Origin: Methanobacteriota archaeon
GTDB lineage: Archaea > Halobacteriota > Bog-38 > Methanoflorentales > Methanoflorentaceae
Direction of reading: 5' to 3'
Length of the DNA: 64,000 nt
Assembly (NCBI GenBank): GCA_963719035.1
Contig: CAVRAO010000002.1
Coordinates: forward strand, 672,001-736,000
Shown here one piece after another: positions 1 to 11,224 of this stretch. Position 1 is the first letter of the stretch. Every line of letters starts with the position of its first letter. The notes under the pieces were generated by a model that had not been told where the DNA came from, did not search any database, and worked only from the letters and a program-made list of their open reading frames with translations. The translations under genes and the position numbers were made by a program.

Positions 1-1012
1 AGGGCCTTCTTTCCCTTATAAGCAAAAATCATCCGCTTGCGAACGCCGTGTGCAAGACGAATCGCCCGTGACATCTCAGGCAGCATTACAACGAAATCTT
101 TTGGGAGGGCGTGAACGAGGTACTTCGAGTGCGGTATCCGATCGACGTCTTCGATTTGCTCGTATGCCCTAAAATGGCTTCCAAACTTGAAACCAGTTTT
201 AACGACGAAACCACGATCCCTAAGATCCGTATACACGTCTAGTTTCATTGCGAATTCAGGTTCAATAACCTTGGCTCTGCGGATGAACTGCAACGTGGTG
301 AAGCGCCTGCTTGTAACCCCATCCTCAAGCGGCAACCCGAGACGCATGACAGATATGCGCACTCAAGAAGAGAGAGCTGTAACTTTTTTCCGTCTACGAG
401 CTTTCCATAAAAACCAGCTCGGTAGAGCTGCACGGCGTGATGCTCGTCCCAAATCACCACTCGATCATCGAGAAGGGTGGCATCCGCTTCGGCGAGATCC
501 GGCGCGAGCTGGGGCATCTTACCCTGCATATTCGCAGTTTTCGCTGCGTAAAAGGTCAGATCACTTTCCCCATCGACGACCGCGAGGAGCATCTTTTTCC
601 GCACGTTTTGCGTGAGTTTCACCTTTTCCACGAGTTCCAAAAAGGGAAGGGAAATGCGCTCAGAGAGCACGTAGACGTAAGCTGACGCGGGACCCTCGCC
701 CGGCCTCCCGCCGCGTGGATAAAGGCGGAAATCGGTTACGCTAGGCTTCACATAGTAGCCACGTTCACGCAGGTCTTTGTAGGCGACGTACTTAAGATCC
801 AAGTCTGGTTGAATGCTGGAAGCTATCTTGAAGAACTCTTTGAGCGTGATTCCTAAGTCGAGTCGCTCCCGTTCGATGAGAAAAGCAGCCTCGACGAGTG
901 ACAGTTCAAGAAAGTCGCCTTTCATTCGGCCATAGTAGCTGAAATCCTGCTCCTCGAAGCATTCTTTCGAGAGCATCACACTATCGCCTTTTATTTCAAT
1001 CGCCATCGCCAC
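1..1012 (-). CDS. endA: tRNA-intron endonuclease (tandem two-unit type); apparent frameshift near 340; runs off left edge
   Basis: LSLVEAAFL, YKDLRERGYYVKP and LQLSLLECAYL in ORF 245..1012. The second unit continues in another frame: VYTDLRDRGFVVKTGFKFGSHFRAY...RLAHGVRKRM. Confidence 0.9.
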
Positions 1013-1127
1013 ACACTTTTCCCGTCATTTCCAAATGCTGGTGACGCGATATTACTTTTTCCCCCTAATACATAGCTTAAAATAGCAGTCTGGCGAGACT
1101 TCTGTTGTTACGAGGTAGGCCCAGAGG

Positions 1128-4067
1128 ATGCTCTCAGTTGCAGATTCAATTAGCGGACAGTTTGTGTCCCTCTTCCCCTTCCCGTTTTTCAATAAAATGC
1201 AATCGTGCGTGTTGCCGCGCCTTCTTACCTCAGATGAAAACGTCGTCGTGGCTGCGCCTACTGCATCTGGAAAGACCGTTCTCGGAGAGCTTGCTATGGT
1301 TCGCGAGCTCTCAAAGCCACGCAGAGGCAAAATCCTCTATCTGGCCCCGCTGCGTGCACTCACAAACGAGAAGGAAAGTGAGTGGAACACCCTTTTTACG
1401 CCAATGGGGTTCGACGTCTACGTCGTTTCTGGCGAACGAGAGCTAGACCCTGCAAAAGCACGTAGCGCCCAGATCATCATTTCAACGCCGGAAAAATGGG
1501 ATTCTTCAAGCAGAAAACACAGCACGACTCATAAGTTCGTCAACGACGTCTCTGTGATTATCATCGATGAGGTGCACCTTCTGGATTCCGACGAACGCGG
1601 AGGCGTGCTTGAAGCGTTGGTCACGCGAATGAAACGAATCAGAGACGGTAAAGTTCGCATCGTTGCGTTAAGTGCAACGATGCCCAACGTTGGCGAGGTC
1701 GCCCAGTGGATAGGGGCTTCCGAAGACCACACCTTTTCCTTTGACGATTCATTCCGTCCAGTCCCGCTCATAGCCGACGTCTTTGGGTACAACCCTGGTA
1801 AAAACAAGTTCGTTGACAAGTACATCAGGTTATACAAGGCTGTGCAGCTAATAGAACCCCACGTTCCTGACGGCCAGGCACTTATTTTTGTCGCCACCCG
1901 ATCTGACACGGTTCAAGCAGCGTCGAAACTTGTCGAAATCTTCAATACAAAAAGTACGATACTGACGACAAACGAATCGGAACAAGTAGCCACACGAATA
2001 AAGAATAAATCCCTCGGCGACGCTGTGCGCAACGGCGTCGGTTTTCACCACGCCGGCCTTGTCAAACAAGACCGAGATATCGTTGAGGAGGCTTTTAAGG
2101 CGGGACACATCAAGATATTAGTCTCCACCTCAACGCTTGCCTGGGGCGTCAACCTCCCTGCACGAGTCGTCGTAATTCGAGACATCGCAAACGAGGTTAT
2201 TGACGAAGAGATGAGCTCACTCGATATCCTTCAAATGATCGGACGCGCTGGTAGGCCCCAGTACGACGAACGAGGGTTCGGGTGGATTATCGCACCGCGC
2301 GACCGTGTGGGAGACTTCATCGAGATGTTACGCGAGGGCCCACCAATACGCTCGCAGCTAAACAAGACGTTAAGTGAGCACCTGAACGCTGAGATCAGCA
2401 TGGGCACGATCAATAGGCGCGCGGAAGCCAAAAAGTGGCTTAGCGAAACGTTTTATTATGTGCAAAACCCGCAGTCGAGTGTCCTTTTAGATGAGCATGT
2501 AAGCTCACTCATTGGACAAGGATTTACCGTCGAGGCAGAAGGTCGCCTGCTTCCAACCGATCTCGGCAAACTTGCCTCGAAATACTACCTCCGTCTCAAC
2601 ACAGCTCGAGGATTTGCGCAATTGAGGGAGTCACCGACTGATGAGGAGTTACTTGATGCTGTCGCCTCTGCTGAGGAATTTGCCGATGTCGTCGTCAGGC
2701 GGAACGAGGTCTCTGCGATAAAGCGTACACAATCAAGTTATCAAGGGCACAAGTCAAAGGTACGCGCTATTTTGGACACATACATTGGACGTGGAGAAAT
2801 CGCCGAAGCACTAAGGAGTGACGCATGGCTCATTAGACAAAACGCGCTTCGGCTCTTGTCCGCACTCGAAGCATTTGTAGAGCGTTTCAATGCACCGGAA
2901 ACCGTCTTGCGAGCGAGAATCCTCGCGCTACGGGTCGAATATGGAGCGCCAGAGGAGCTGTGCTCGTTGCTTCAGCTCGACGGGGTGGGTATAAAACAAG
3001 CGACTCAACTACACGCCCAAGGAGTCCGGTCGCCATTTGACCTAACCCCGGCGATACTGACTAGACTCATTTCTGGAACACGAATTGCTCGGTCAATAGA
3101 CCGGCTGCCGAAGATCACGATAGATATGCAGTTGCCCGACGCTGTCCCATTTGGACAAAGTGCTATGTGTTACGCAACCATATCAAACGCTCAGGGAGGC
3201 GCGCGTTTGACTGTGACCGTGTTCGCTAACGGCCTAAAAATGTTTCGCGACAGTTTTTATCTTGCGAAGGGCTACACCAAATCTATTCCAATCGGGGTTT
3301 ATGGGTCGGAAAACGCGCACGTCTGCTATCAAGCAAGAGTTGACTTCCTCAACTGTATTGAACCTCCCATGACCCAAGAAAAGACAATCGTTGTCATGGG
3401 ATTGCCAGAAAACCTTCAGAAGGCTGATACGTACACGTGTATTGAGCCGCTTGCGACCGACGGAGAAGAACTGCGTCTGCGTGGATCCCGGCTTACAATC
3501 CCGTCTGAGGCATCGCAAGAAGGGACTACTGAGTGCCTGCCACAGAATCTGCTGCAAGGACTTACGCGCGAGTCGACGCACAGCAACGGGGCGAACTCGT
3601 TAGATGAGTCGATTTTAGAGGTGCGTACACGTTCAGTAGGACGTTGCAAGAATTGCGGTGGTTTTTTAAAACGCGCTGGAAACATAATAACGTGCGAATG
3701 CGGGGCGTTCTACAAGTTGCCTAGTGGGACAGATCTCGCTGACAGTACGTGTAGTTGCGGGTTGCCAAAACTGAAGCTTCAGCTTTTAGGCGAAGATGTG
3801 TGTGTTGACCGTCAGTGTGAACGCATTGAAGATGTAATCGCCCGGCACTTCGCCACAAGCAACTTCGTCTGTCCACGTTGTCATAGTCCCCTATCTGTAG
3901 TGCGCAGGAAAGGAATCATCGTTGGATGCAACGACTACTACGATGGGTGCAAAACGGCCTTCCTTTTACCAATGAACGCAACGATCGTTGGACGTTGCAA
4001 ATGCGGGCTGCCCAAGCTCCAGTTAAAAACCAAGATGAGATGTCTTGACACAAAGTGTCGCACTTAA
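1128..4067 (+). CDS. Ski2-like SF2 helicase (Mer3/Brr2-type, Sec63-like region, HhH) fused to C-terminal multi zinc-ribbon domain
   Basis: FNKMQ Q-motif, APTASGKT, DEVH, SAT, HHAGL, TSTLAWGVNLPA, QMIGRAGRPQYD. C-terminal CxxC/CxC clusters (CKNC, CECG, CSCGLP, CPRC, CKCGLP, CLDTKC). Confidence 0.88.
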   Translation: MLSVADSISGQFVSLFPFPFFNKMQSCVLPRLLTSDENVVVAAPTASGKTVLGELAMVRELSKPRRGKILYLAPLRALTNEKESEWNTLFTPMGFDVYVVSGERELDPAKARSAQIIISTPEKWDSSSRKHSTTHKFVNDVSVIIIDEVHLLDSDERGGVLEALVTRMKRIRDGKVRIVALSATMPNVGEVAQWIGASEDHTFSFDDSFRPVPLIADVFGYNPGKNKFVDKYIRLYKAVQLIEPHVPDGQALIFVATRSDTVQAASKLVEIFNTKSTILTTNESEQVATRIKNKSLGDAVRNGVGFHHAGLVKQDRDIVEEAFKAGHIKILVSTSTLAWGVNLPARVVVIRDIANEVIDEEMSSLDILQMIGRAGRPQYDERGFGWIIAPRDRVGDFIEMLREGPPIRSQLNKTLSEHLNAEISMGTINRRAEAKKWLSETFYYVQNPQSSVLLDEHVSSLIGQGFTVEAEGRLLPTDLGKLASKYYLRLNTARGFAQLRESPTDEELLDAVASAEEFADVVVRRNEVSAIKRTQSSYQGHKSKVRAILDTYIGRGEIAEALRSDAWLIRQNALRLLSALEAFVERFNAPETVLRARILALRVEYGAPEELCSLLQLDGVGIKQATQLHAQGVRSPFDLTPAILTRLISGTRIARSIDRLPKITIDMQLPDAVPFGQSAMCYATISNAQGGARLTVTVFANGLKMFRDSFYLAKGYTKSIPIGVYGSENAHVCYQARVDFLNCIEPPMTQEKTIVVMGLPENLQKADTYTCIEPLATDGEELRLRGSRLTIPSEASQEGTTECLPQNLLQGLTRESTHSNGANSLDESILEVRTRSVGRCKNCGGFLKRAGNIITCECGAFYKLPSGTDLADSTCSCGLPKLKLQLLGEDVCVDRQCERIEDVIARHFATSNFVCPRCHSPLSVVRRKGIIVGCNDYYDGCKTAFLLPMNATIVGRCKCGLPKLQLKTKMRCLDTKCRT

Positions 4068-4104
4068 GCGCGAAAAGTGATACGGGCCGCGCAAGTTTGG
4101 TATT

Positions 4105-5667
4105 CTACCGCAACACGCTGGATCTTTTACAAATCGTAGCGTTGTCCGGATCAAGACCACGCCATTCAACGACGAAGCCTAACGCTTCCAAGGTCGTCTC
4201 AGGTGATAATATTCCTTCTTCTTCAATTGTCTGTAGTGCAGTGGACAGTGCGCATCCGTTAACCGCTTGGAGTTTTTTTGTGATTTCACTGAGTTTTCCC
4301 TCACTTATCAGCTGCATGCCAATAAGACGGTACTGAGCTGCCGGATGAGCCTGCAGCCATCGTTTGAGAGCCCCCACCGAAACCGTTTGTTCGTCGGCCA
4401 ATCGAGGTACGTCGATTAGGTCTCCTTCAAGTTGGAGTTTAGAACCGTCAATAGTGTCAACTTCCTGCAAGATGGCGGTTTTCTCTAAATGCTTCAAAAA
4501 GCCGACTATCGGCTTAACTGGCACCTTCTTATCATAGAGGATAACGAAGCCTTTGACCTTCTCAAGTTGGGAACAATTGAGGCTCCGATCGACAGCGATC
4601 AGCAAGTTATCGACGGCGAGCTCCCGCAACTTTGCGAGCTTCTTTTTAAGGTACTCGTCGGTCCAAAAACCGACCACCTCAAGATACGCTTTCAAATTGT
4701 TCTTCTCAAAGCTGAAATCTGGGATAAACACATAGCGGCCGGCTACCAGTAGTTCCGGTTCCCTTTTGAGGGCCCAGCCCAACTTCAAAGCCTTAAATGA
4801 GCGCGCGAACGCCGCTTCAACTGAGCTGTCATATTGCTCTCCTGTTTTCTTGGGACGTTGCGCCGGAAGAAAATCTCTCGCCGTCCTCGCATTAAGCTCT
4901 AGTACCAACAGCTTGGGTGCTTGTCGTTCCCCACCGACGATTTGTGCTTTGAGGTGCCAGTTATCAGCTTCAATCACAGCAGGGAGCAGTTTTGCCAGTG
5001 ACGTCCCATATCGTTCCGTGAGCTTGAAGAGCGATATAGGACCATCAACTATGACGCTGTATGCCCCGTCTTGTTGCTCCACTGCGTACATAAGACCTAA
5101 ACGCTTGAGCAGACTGAAAATACGTTGGTAGTTGCTCCCGACCATAAATTCGAGAGAGGCGGCTTTGAATAGCAGCGTTTGTGTCAAGCTTAAGTTATAT
5201 TGCTGAATCAACTCATGTGGCAGGGGGGCCACAAAGCTTTCGAGCACCAGTTCATCTTCGAAATCGCCCCATAGTGACGCCTCGAGTTGAGATGATGAGA
5301 GGTGTAATCGTGATGCGACCTGAGCGATAACCTCCTGCCTCAGCCCTTCTGTCCCGACAAGCGGATACAGATTTGCCTCTTCAAAGACTTCACGGCGGGC
5401 TTGTTTGGGATCGACATAACTATGCGGCTTAAATGTTGCCGAGCGGTCGAGCAATGCGACTAAGCCCCTAACCAAGCGATAGTCAAACCCGGTTTGCTCA
5501 AACTGCTGACAATCGTCAGCAAGCTCGCCCTTGCGCTTGTTTACGTGTGCTTCAAACGTTTCGATCAAATCAGACGCCAGTTCTAAGTAACGCCCTTCAA
5601 TCGGGACGTAAACCGGTTTAATCTTTCCAGAGCGCGCCCGCGTAATGAGAAGATTGCTAGGGAGCAT
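4105..5667 (-). CDS. bax1: DUF790 family endonuclease Bax1
   Basis: MLPSNLL start, YNLSLTQTLLF, DGPISLFKLTERYGTSLAKLLP, YDSSVE, PDF...LEVVGFWT; immediately downstream of xpb. Confidence 0.88.
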   Translation of the reverse strand: MLPSNLLITRARSGKIKPVYVPIEGRYLELASDLIETFEAHVNKRKGELADDCQQFEQTGFDYRLVRGLVALLDRSATFKPHSYVDPKQARREVFEEANLYPLVGTEGLRQEVIAQVASRLHLSSSQLEASLWGDFEDELVLESFVAPLPHELIQQYNLSLTQTLLFKAASLEFMVGSNYQRIFSLLKRLGLMYAVEQQDGAYSVIVDGPISLFKLTERYGTSLAKLLPAVIEADNWHLKAQIVGGERQAPKLLVLELNARTARDFLPAQRPKKTGEQYDSSVEAAFARSFKALKLGWALKREPELLVAGRYVFIPDFSFEKNNLKAYLEVVGFWTDEYLKKKLAKLRELAVDNLLIAVDRSLNCSQLEKVKGFVILYDKKVPVKPIVGFLKHLEKTAILQEVDTIDGSKLQLEGDLIDVPRLADEQTVSVGALKRWLQAHPAAQYRLIGMQLISEGKLSEITKKLQAVNGCALSTALQTIEEEGILSPETTLEALGFVVEWRGLDPDNATICKRSSVLR

Positions 5668-7018
5668 TCTCTGCAGCCCTCCATTTTCGCTTCCGACGGT
5701 GACTCATGCTTGTTTCGGTCGTATCCCGCGTGACGATTTCAGTGAGCCTTGCACGCTTTCCCTCTCGCTTACGTAACACGCGCCCGAGCCGCTGAATGAA
5801 TTCTCGGGAGCTGCCGGTGCCACTCAATATGATCGCTTGCGAAGCCTCGGGAACGTTGACGCCCTCGTCGAGCACTTTAGAGGTGACTATCATCCGGTAC
5901 GCTCCATCATGAAACCTGTTGAGTATCTCCCTGCGCTCATCTTTGAAGGTCGTGTGCGTTATTGCCGGGATCAAATACGTCCGAGCGATGCGATGAACGA
6001 GCTTATTGTGCTGAGTGAAAATTATAGTCTGCTCAGATGGATGCTCAAGAAGAAGTTCTTTTAGCGCCTCCATTTTTGCTCGTGAGTTCAAAGCGATGTC
6101 TAAAGCCCGATTCCGAGCTAGGAGCGCCTTTCGAGCCTCCGGATCCCACGAGCTACGCTTTATAAACTGAGCAAAATCGTGCTGCGTTCGAAGCGTCACG
6201 TTGCGGCGCGCAAGGTAATCGGTGAATATGGAATGACACTGCGAATACTCCTTCGCCTCGTCAGGCTCCAAGTCGACGAAGCGGCGCGCGACTTCATAAC
6301 CAGAAAGATGTTCTTCTGCAAGGTCCTGCACAGTTAGCTCATAGACTTTGCCCCCCATGAGGCGATTGAGTTCGCTGTGAAGTCCGTCTTCACGCTCATA
6401 TGTTGCCGTTAGCCCAAGTCTCGCACGCGAGAGAAACATTTCAGCGATATGACGGTACCCCGCAGCAGGGAGGTGATGGACCTCGTCGAAGACGACTAAT
6501 CCAAATCGATTGCCAAGTTCTACTGCACGTAAATATGCTGAATCATAGGTCGAAACAGTAAGCGGTTTGAGTAAGTTATCACCACCGCCAAAGACCCCGA
6601 TCTCGATGCCAAACTCACCTGCAAGCGTGCCCCTCCACTGCTCTACCAGATCGAGTGTAGGTACAACGACTAATGTAGGTACTTGCAGCTCGCCAATCGC
6701 ACCGACAGCGACCATGGTTTTTCCGGCGCCAGTCGGCAGGACAACTGTCCCTCGTTTTCCCGCTTGCATCCACGAGTCAAGCGCATCTCTTTGATAGTCG
6801 CGAAGCGTGGTGCGTAGCAGCAGGTGCGGCACAGGAAGCAACTTAAGCGCTTCATCTACGAAATCGATGTGGCTATTCTCGAGGTACTCTATGATATCTG
6901 CATAATGTAATGCCAACGCTCTGTATGCACCTGAACGCGCGTCCCAATTGGAGTTCGGAACACGAACGTCACCCTGAATCAGTAGTGTGCCTTTGTCATA
7001 TTGAATCCTTACCTGCAA
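5657..7018 (-). CDS. xpb: XPB/Rad25-family DNA repair helicase
   Basis: LRDYQ, LPTGAGKT, DEVHH, LGLTATYERED, VLDEGV, QRLGRVLR. Confidence 0.9.
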   Translation of the reverse strand: MQVRIQYDKGTLLIQGDVRVPNSNWDARSGAYRALALHYADIIEYLENSHIDFVDEALKLLPVPHLLLRTTLRDYQRDALDSWMQAGKRGTVVLPTGAGKTMVAVGAIGELQVPTLVVVPTLDLVEQWRGTLAGEFGIEIGVFGGGDNLLKPLTVSTYDSAYLRAVELGNRFGLVVFDEVHHLPAAGYRHIAEMFLSRARLGLTATYEREDGLHSELNRLMGGKVYELTVQDLAEEHLSGYEVARRFVDLEPDEAKEYSQCHSIFTDYLARRNVTLRTQHDFAQFIKRSSWDPEARKALLARNRALDIALNSRAKMEALKELLLEHPSEQTIIFTQHNKLVHRIARTYLIPAITHTTFKDERREILNRFHDGAYRMIVTSKVLDEGVNVPEASQAIILSGTGSSREFIQRLGRVLRKREGKRARLTEIVTRDTTETSMSHRRKRKWRAAENAP

Positions 7019-7055
7019 TTAGTTCACCCAGGAGTTTAAGGCAGCTCTATTCAGC

Positions 7056-7998
7056 TCATCCTGCACTGTGTTCTCGCGAACGCAGCAGCGTACAGCTTTT
7101 TAACCATTCACCTCGAGCTGCACGCGTGGTACCTACGATTAAACGAGTCTCTCCCGATTCATTGCAGATTCCGCGTGCTTCAATGACCTCACCCTCATGA
7201 GCTTGCCCCGCGTAAGTGTGCGTATATGAAAGTACCTTCTTTACTGTTTCATGGTCGATTTCATAAATAGCAGGGCTGTCGAATGCAGTACCAAGCGTTG
7301 GTCACGGTGGCGCGGATGGTTGCAAATCCGTCGTCAACACCGCGCGGCTCAGCCGTTATTTCGTTGTGCGCACGCACAAACAATAGATCGAAGTATGTGT
7401 TGTCGATCAAACCTCGATTCCATTTCCTCTGCTCGTGCAATACAAACTCTTCGAACGTCAGAGCGGGGGTACGCTTCTGGTATATCCACTGCCACGTACG
7501 ATTGTCAATAATAGGCAACAATCCGCATTCTACGGCATCGCGCAAAGCAGCTCTCCCACGTTCAAAGGCGGGCTTGCCGTAAATGACGAAATCAATATCA
7601 GATGATGCTGCAGTAAGCCCTACAAGTCTAGAACCTGTTACCCCCATGTAACGCCTATGTATGCCGTACCCCTCGAGTAACTCCACGATTTTCGAAATTG
7701 AATCATCGCAGTCTTCTATACCTTGTTGTGGATGCTTTAACTCCACAACGTCCTCGTAAGGAATGGCACACAGCCCATCCACGTATGCATCAGATCTTTG
7801 CATCAATTGTCGTGCCTCATCGAAGTCGACTTTGCGAAACCGCTTGCCATCCTGACGTACTCTATTGCCATTTTTGTCTGGCACATAGCGTAAGAAACCT
7901 TGGATAAACGCCTTGTTGTCGTACGAAACCACTGCGAAAATCCAATTCTTTTTAGTAATTACAAAATCTCTTATCCGAACGGTCTCGTTTGGCATCAT
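7056..7998 (-). CDS. Archaeal nucleotidyltransferase-domain protein (frameshift near 7280)
   Basis: GVTGSRLVG...SDIDFVIYG NTase motif. The C-terminus continues in another frame (SYTHTYAGQA...IEARG...VGTTRAARGEW) to TGA at 7056. Confidence 0.75.
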
Positions 7999-8164
7999 CG
8001 TGGAATCGGGTTATCCCTTTACTGATATTAAGCTTCCTTGTGTTCGTTCAGTGATTTGTTGCATAAAGCTGCGCCTTAAAAGTTTTAACGGGAATAAAGC
8101 CGCATATGAAGCTTAAAGTCAGATAGCAGGACTGTTGGGCAGCCTGAAGATCAACATAATCAGC

Positions 8165-8752
8165 CTAACAAACGATGTTCGTCTTCTCAACAACAATGTC
8201 GTACCCCGCACCTCGGCGCACAACTACTTGATTGACCAGATCAACGACAGTGGAGGGGCCTAAGAGAGCTTTGCCCCCATCAAGCACACAACTAACGCGG
8301 ATTTTAACATCCCTTGCAGACTTAGCCGGCCGTGCGCTAGTGATGTTCGCGCTTGTCGACGTGATAGGAGTCCCAACAGAGTCGATGAGGGCCCTAGCCA
8401 CCTTATGTGAAGGAAATCGGATACCGACGAGGTTGGCGCCTGCCGTAAGGATGTCAGGAACGATATCCTTTTTTCGCAAAAGAACGGTAATCGGCCCCGG
8501 CAACAATTGATGGAGAAGGTCAACATCTTCTATGAAAGCAACGGTTTCTAACATACTAAAATTGGAAACAGCAAGCGAAATTGGCTTCATCGAAGCCATT
8601 TGTTTCAGGGCGATCACTTTCTCGACTGTTGACTTTTTTAACGCTAGCGCGCCGACGCCATAGACGGTCTCGGTCGGATAAGCAACAATCCCGCCGGCCT
8701 TGATAGCGTCAGCAGCACCCTTTATACTTCTCGTAATCCGATTAATTGTCAC
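8165..8752 (-). CDS. sua5: L-threonylcarbamoyladenylate synthase (TsaC/Sua5, YrdC domain only)
   Basis: AYPTETVYG, LPGPIT, STSAN, STVVD motifs. Confidence 0.9.
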   Translation of the reverse strand: MTINRITRSIKGAADAIKAGGIVAYPTETVYGVGALALKKSTVEKVIALKQMASMKPISLAVSNFSMLETVAFIEDVDLLHQLLPGPITVLLRKKDIVPDILTAGANLVGIRFPSHKVARALIDSVGTPITSTSANITSARPAKSARDVKIRVSCVLDGGKALLGPSTVVDLVNQVVVRRGAGYDIVVEKTNIVC

Positions 8753-8781
8753 AAGAAGCCCTGTGTAAAAAGGTATAACTT

Positions 8782-9258
8782 TCAGTGTCGTCGCCTAACG
8801 ACGGCTACGTCTCCGAGTGTTAAGTTTCCGGACGATTTGCCCTTTTGTGCTTTTTCTCGCCCGATTTCGATGAGAAGATTGACGTTAAGAGCCTTTTCGA
8901 GTTTCTTTCGGAGTTTATCGTCTGGTGTTAGTTCGTTTCGCTCAATTTTTTTTATCACAAGCGCTTTTTCCATTATCTTCGCTGCGAGTTGCTCCTGCGT
9001 TATCCCAGCTCTTTTTCGAGCGTTTTTTACGATCTCACTAAAGTCAGGATCGAGTTCACCCTCCATCTGTCGATATATATCCCTGTACCTAGTGCGGGAG
9101 TGCGCGGCAACTTTACTAGTGGGCCCAATAAACGTTTGAGGTCGACGAATTTCCGTACCAAGACTTCCGCACGCAGCACACGTTTCGAGCTCAGCCCCTT
9201 CAACAACAACGCGTTTAGACTTCCCAAGGATTTCTTTCCCGCATAATTCGCAGTGCAT
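8782..9258 (-). CDS. mbf1: Archaeal multiprotein bridging factor 1 (Zn ribbon + HTH)
   Basis: CELCG...CAAC, HTH (TQEQLAAKI...KIERNEL), TLGD motif; divergent from pan. Confidence 0.9.
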   Translation of the reverse strand: MHCELCGKEILGKSKRVVVEGAELETCAACGSLGTEIRRPQTFIGPTSKVAAHSRTRYRDIYRQMEGELDPDFSEIVKNARKRAGITQEQLAAKIMEKALVIKKIERNELTPDDKLRKKLEKALNVNLLIEIGREKAQKGKSSGNLTLGDVAVVRRRH

Positions 9259-9303
9259 AGCTTTCCCCGAACAAAGGATATATAGCATGTAATATTAAAT
9301 ATC

Positions 9304-10545
9304 ATGCGGAGGAGACGACAGTGGAAGACTCTTTTGACGAAAGCGACAAGAAAGACAACCGACTTTTCTGAATACCTTCTTGATCGGGTTCGTCAACTGG
9401 AAGAACGCAATCTCAAGCTCCGCGATGCCAATCGCAAAGTCGAAAACGAAAAGAGATCTGCTGAGAATCAAAAGGTACGTTACGAACGTGAAGTAAGAAA
9501 ACTGAGAAGTGAGCTTGAACGGCTCAAAGGGCCGCCCTTGCTTGTTGGGACAGTGTTGGACGTCCTTGACGACAATCGAGTCGTTATTAAAAGCTCAACC
9601 GGTCCGAAGTTCGTGGTCAATGCTTCACAATTTATTGAACAAGAGCTCATCGCCGGCGCCAGAGTGGCGCTAAATCAACAATCCCTCGCCATCGTCGGCG
9701 CTTTACCACCGTCAAAGGACCCGACCGTGTATGGGATGGAAATCATTGAGACACCGACGGTGGGCTATGATGATATCGGCGGCCTTGACGCTCAGATCCA
9801 AGAGCTACGAGAGACTGTAGAACTCCCATTGTTGAAACCTGAGCTATTTAAACAAGTAGGCATTGAGCCGCCCAAAGGCGTACTTCTCTACGGGCCTCCG
9901 GGAACTGGCAAAACCCTTCTTGCGAAGGCAGTTGCAAAGCAAACTGAGTCAGTTTTCATTCGAATCGTAGGAAGTGAGCTCGTTCAGAAGTATATAGGTG
10001 AGGGGGCTCGCCTCGTTCGCGAGCTATTTGAAATGGCCAGGGAAAAGGCCCCCAGCATCATCTTCATCGATGAACTCGATGCCATTGGAGCGAAGCGTTT
10101 AGATAGCGCGACTTCGGGAGACCGTGAAGTACAGCGGACACTTATGCAGCTCCTCGCCGAAATGGACGGATTTGAAAACCGGGGCGAAGTCAAGATCATC
10201 GGGGCTACTAACAGAAGCGATATACTCGATCCTGCTTTGCTTAGGCCTGGACGCTTTGATCGCCTTATAGATATCCCACTCCCGACCTACGAAGCTCGCG
10301 TTGAAATAGTCAAGATCCACACGTCAGGAATGAACTTGGCCCAAGAGATCGATGCTGAGAGGATTGCCAAGCTCTCTGATGGGGCGAGCGGCGCTGATAT
10401 TAAAGCTATTGCAATGGAAGCCGGCATGTTTGCCATCCGCGCTGAGCGCGAGTCCGTGACGATCGTAGATTTCGACGATGCCGTCCGCAAAGTCATGGGC
10501 ATGCCTAAGGCAGAATCAAACCACTTGGAAGCAATGTTCGCGTAG
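9304..10545 (+). CDS. pan: Proteasome-activating nucleotidase
   Basis: N-terminal coiled coil, OB domain (PPLLVG...KSSTGP), [16 protein letters not shown]-terminal HbYX-like MFA. True start uncertain (GGAGG followed by an out-of-frame GTG at 9321). Confidence 0.95.
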   Translation: MRRRRQWKTLLTKATRKTTDFSEYLLDRVRQLEERNLKLRDANRKVENEKRSAENQKVRYEREVRKLRSELERLKGPPLLVGTVLDVLDDNRVVIKSSTGPKFVVNASQFIEQELIAGARVALNQQSLAIVGALPPSKDPTVYGMEIIETPTVGYDDIGGLDAQIQELRETVELPLLKPELFKQVGIEPPKGVLLYGPPGTGKTLLAKAVAKQTESVFIRIVGSELVQKYIGEGARLVRELFEMAREKAPSIIFIDELDAIGAKRLDSATSGDREVQRTLMQLLAEMDGFENRGEVKIIGATNRSDILDPALLRPGRFDRLIDIPLPTYEARVEIVKIHTSGMNLAQEIDAERIAKLSDGASGADIKAIAMEAGMFAIRAERESVTIVDFDDAVRKVMGMPKAESNHLEAMFA

Positions 10546-10630
10546 TCCCTTAGTTTTCCCCGTACGCTTCGAGTCTGACGAGTAGCAAAGATACTAACGC
10601 CTCACTACCACTCGCTGCTCGATATTACTT

Positions 10631-11224
10631 CTAAATCTCGCGATATGCAAGATAAAATCGCTGTAAAGCTGTGATATTGCTCGCAATTGCCACAAATACC
10701 ATCATCCAACCTAGCAATGAAAACCAGATAATCGTCTCTGAGAATACAAGACTAAACAGTGCTGCGAAAAAAACGAGCACGAGTCTGTCGGCTCTGCCGA
10801 GAAGGCCGCTATAATTCCTACCGATCCCAAGCGCTTGTGCCTGAGTTCCGAGGTAGCTCGTCATAAGAACTCCAACAATCGCGATCAGTCCAATCTGCCA
10901 CGCGACGTATCCACCTATCGTTATGCCACCGAAAATGAAAATATCAGAGTACCGGTCCAAAACGTGGTCAATCAAATCGCCTTGCCTCGACTCGCTATTT
11001 GAACTCCGCGCCAAACACCCGTCAAGAGCGTCAAAGAGTGCGTTACACGCAATTGCCACTATCGCCAGAGGGAGCACATGTACACAAAACGCCGCTCCAG
11101 CAACTATTGCCGAAATGACGGACAGCAAGCTGAGCTGATTTGCGCTCACACCATGCCGATAAAGCGTCCACGCGAGCGGATTCAAGATCCCCCGCATTCG
11201 TCCCCGATGTGCATCAAGCGTCAT
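10631..11224 (-). CDS. CDP-alcohol phosphatidyltransferase (archaetidylinositol phosphate synthase-like)
   Basis: DALDGCLAR...GDLIDHVLDRYSD motif; hydrophobic. Confidence 0.9.
   Translation of the reverse strand: MTLDAHRGRMRGILNPLAWTLYRHGVSANQLSLLSVISAIVAGAAFCVHVLPLAIVAIACNALFDALDGCLARSSNSESRQGDLIDHVLDRYSDIFIFGGITIGGYVAWQIGLIAIVGVLMTSYLGTQAQALGIGRNYSGLLGRADRLVLVFFAALFSLVFSETIIWFSLLGWMMVFVAIASNITALQRFYLAYREI

Noticed and set aside
245-400. Programmed frameshift or split endA
   Set aside because: Similar indels occur throughout the window and no slippery-site signal was seen, so sequencing error is more likely.
4105-7018. Novel helicase-nuclease defence system
   Set aside because: It matches the established archaeal XPB-Bax1 repair pair.
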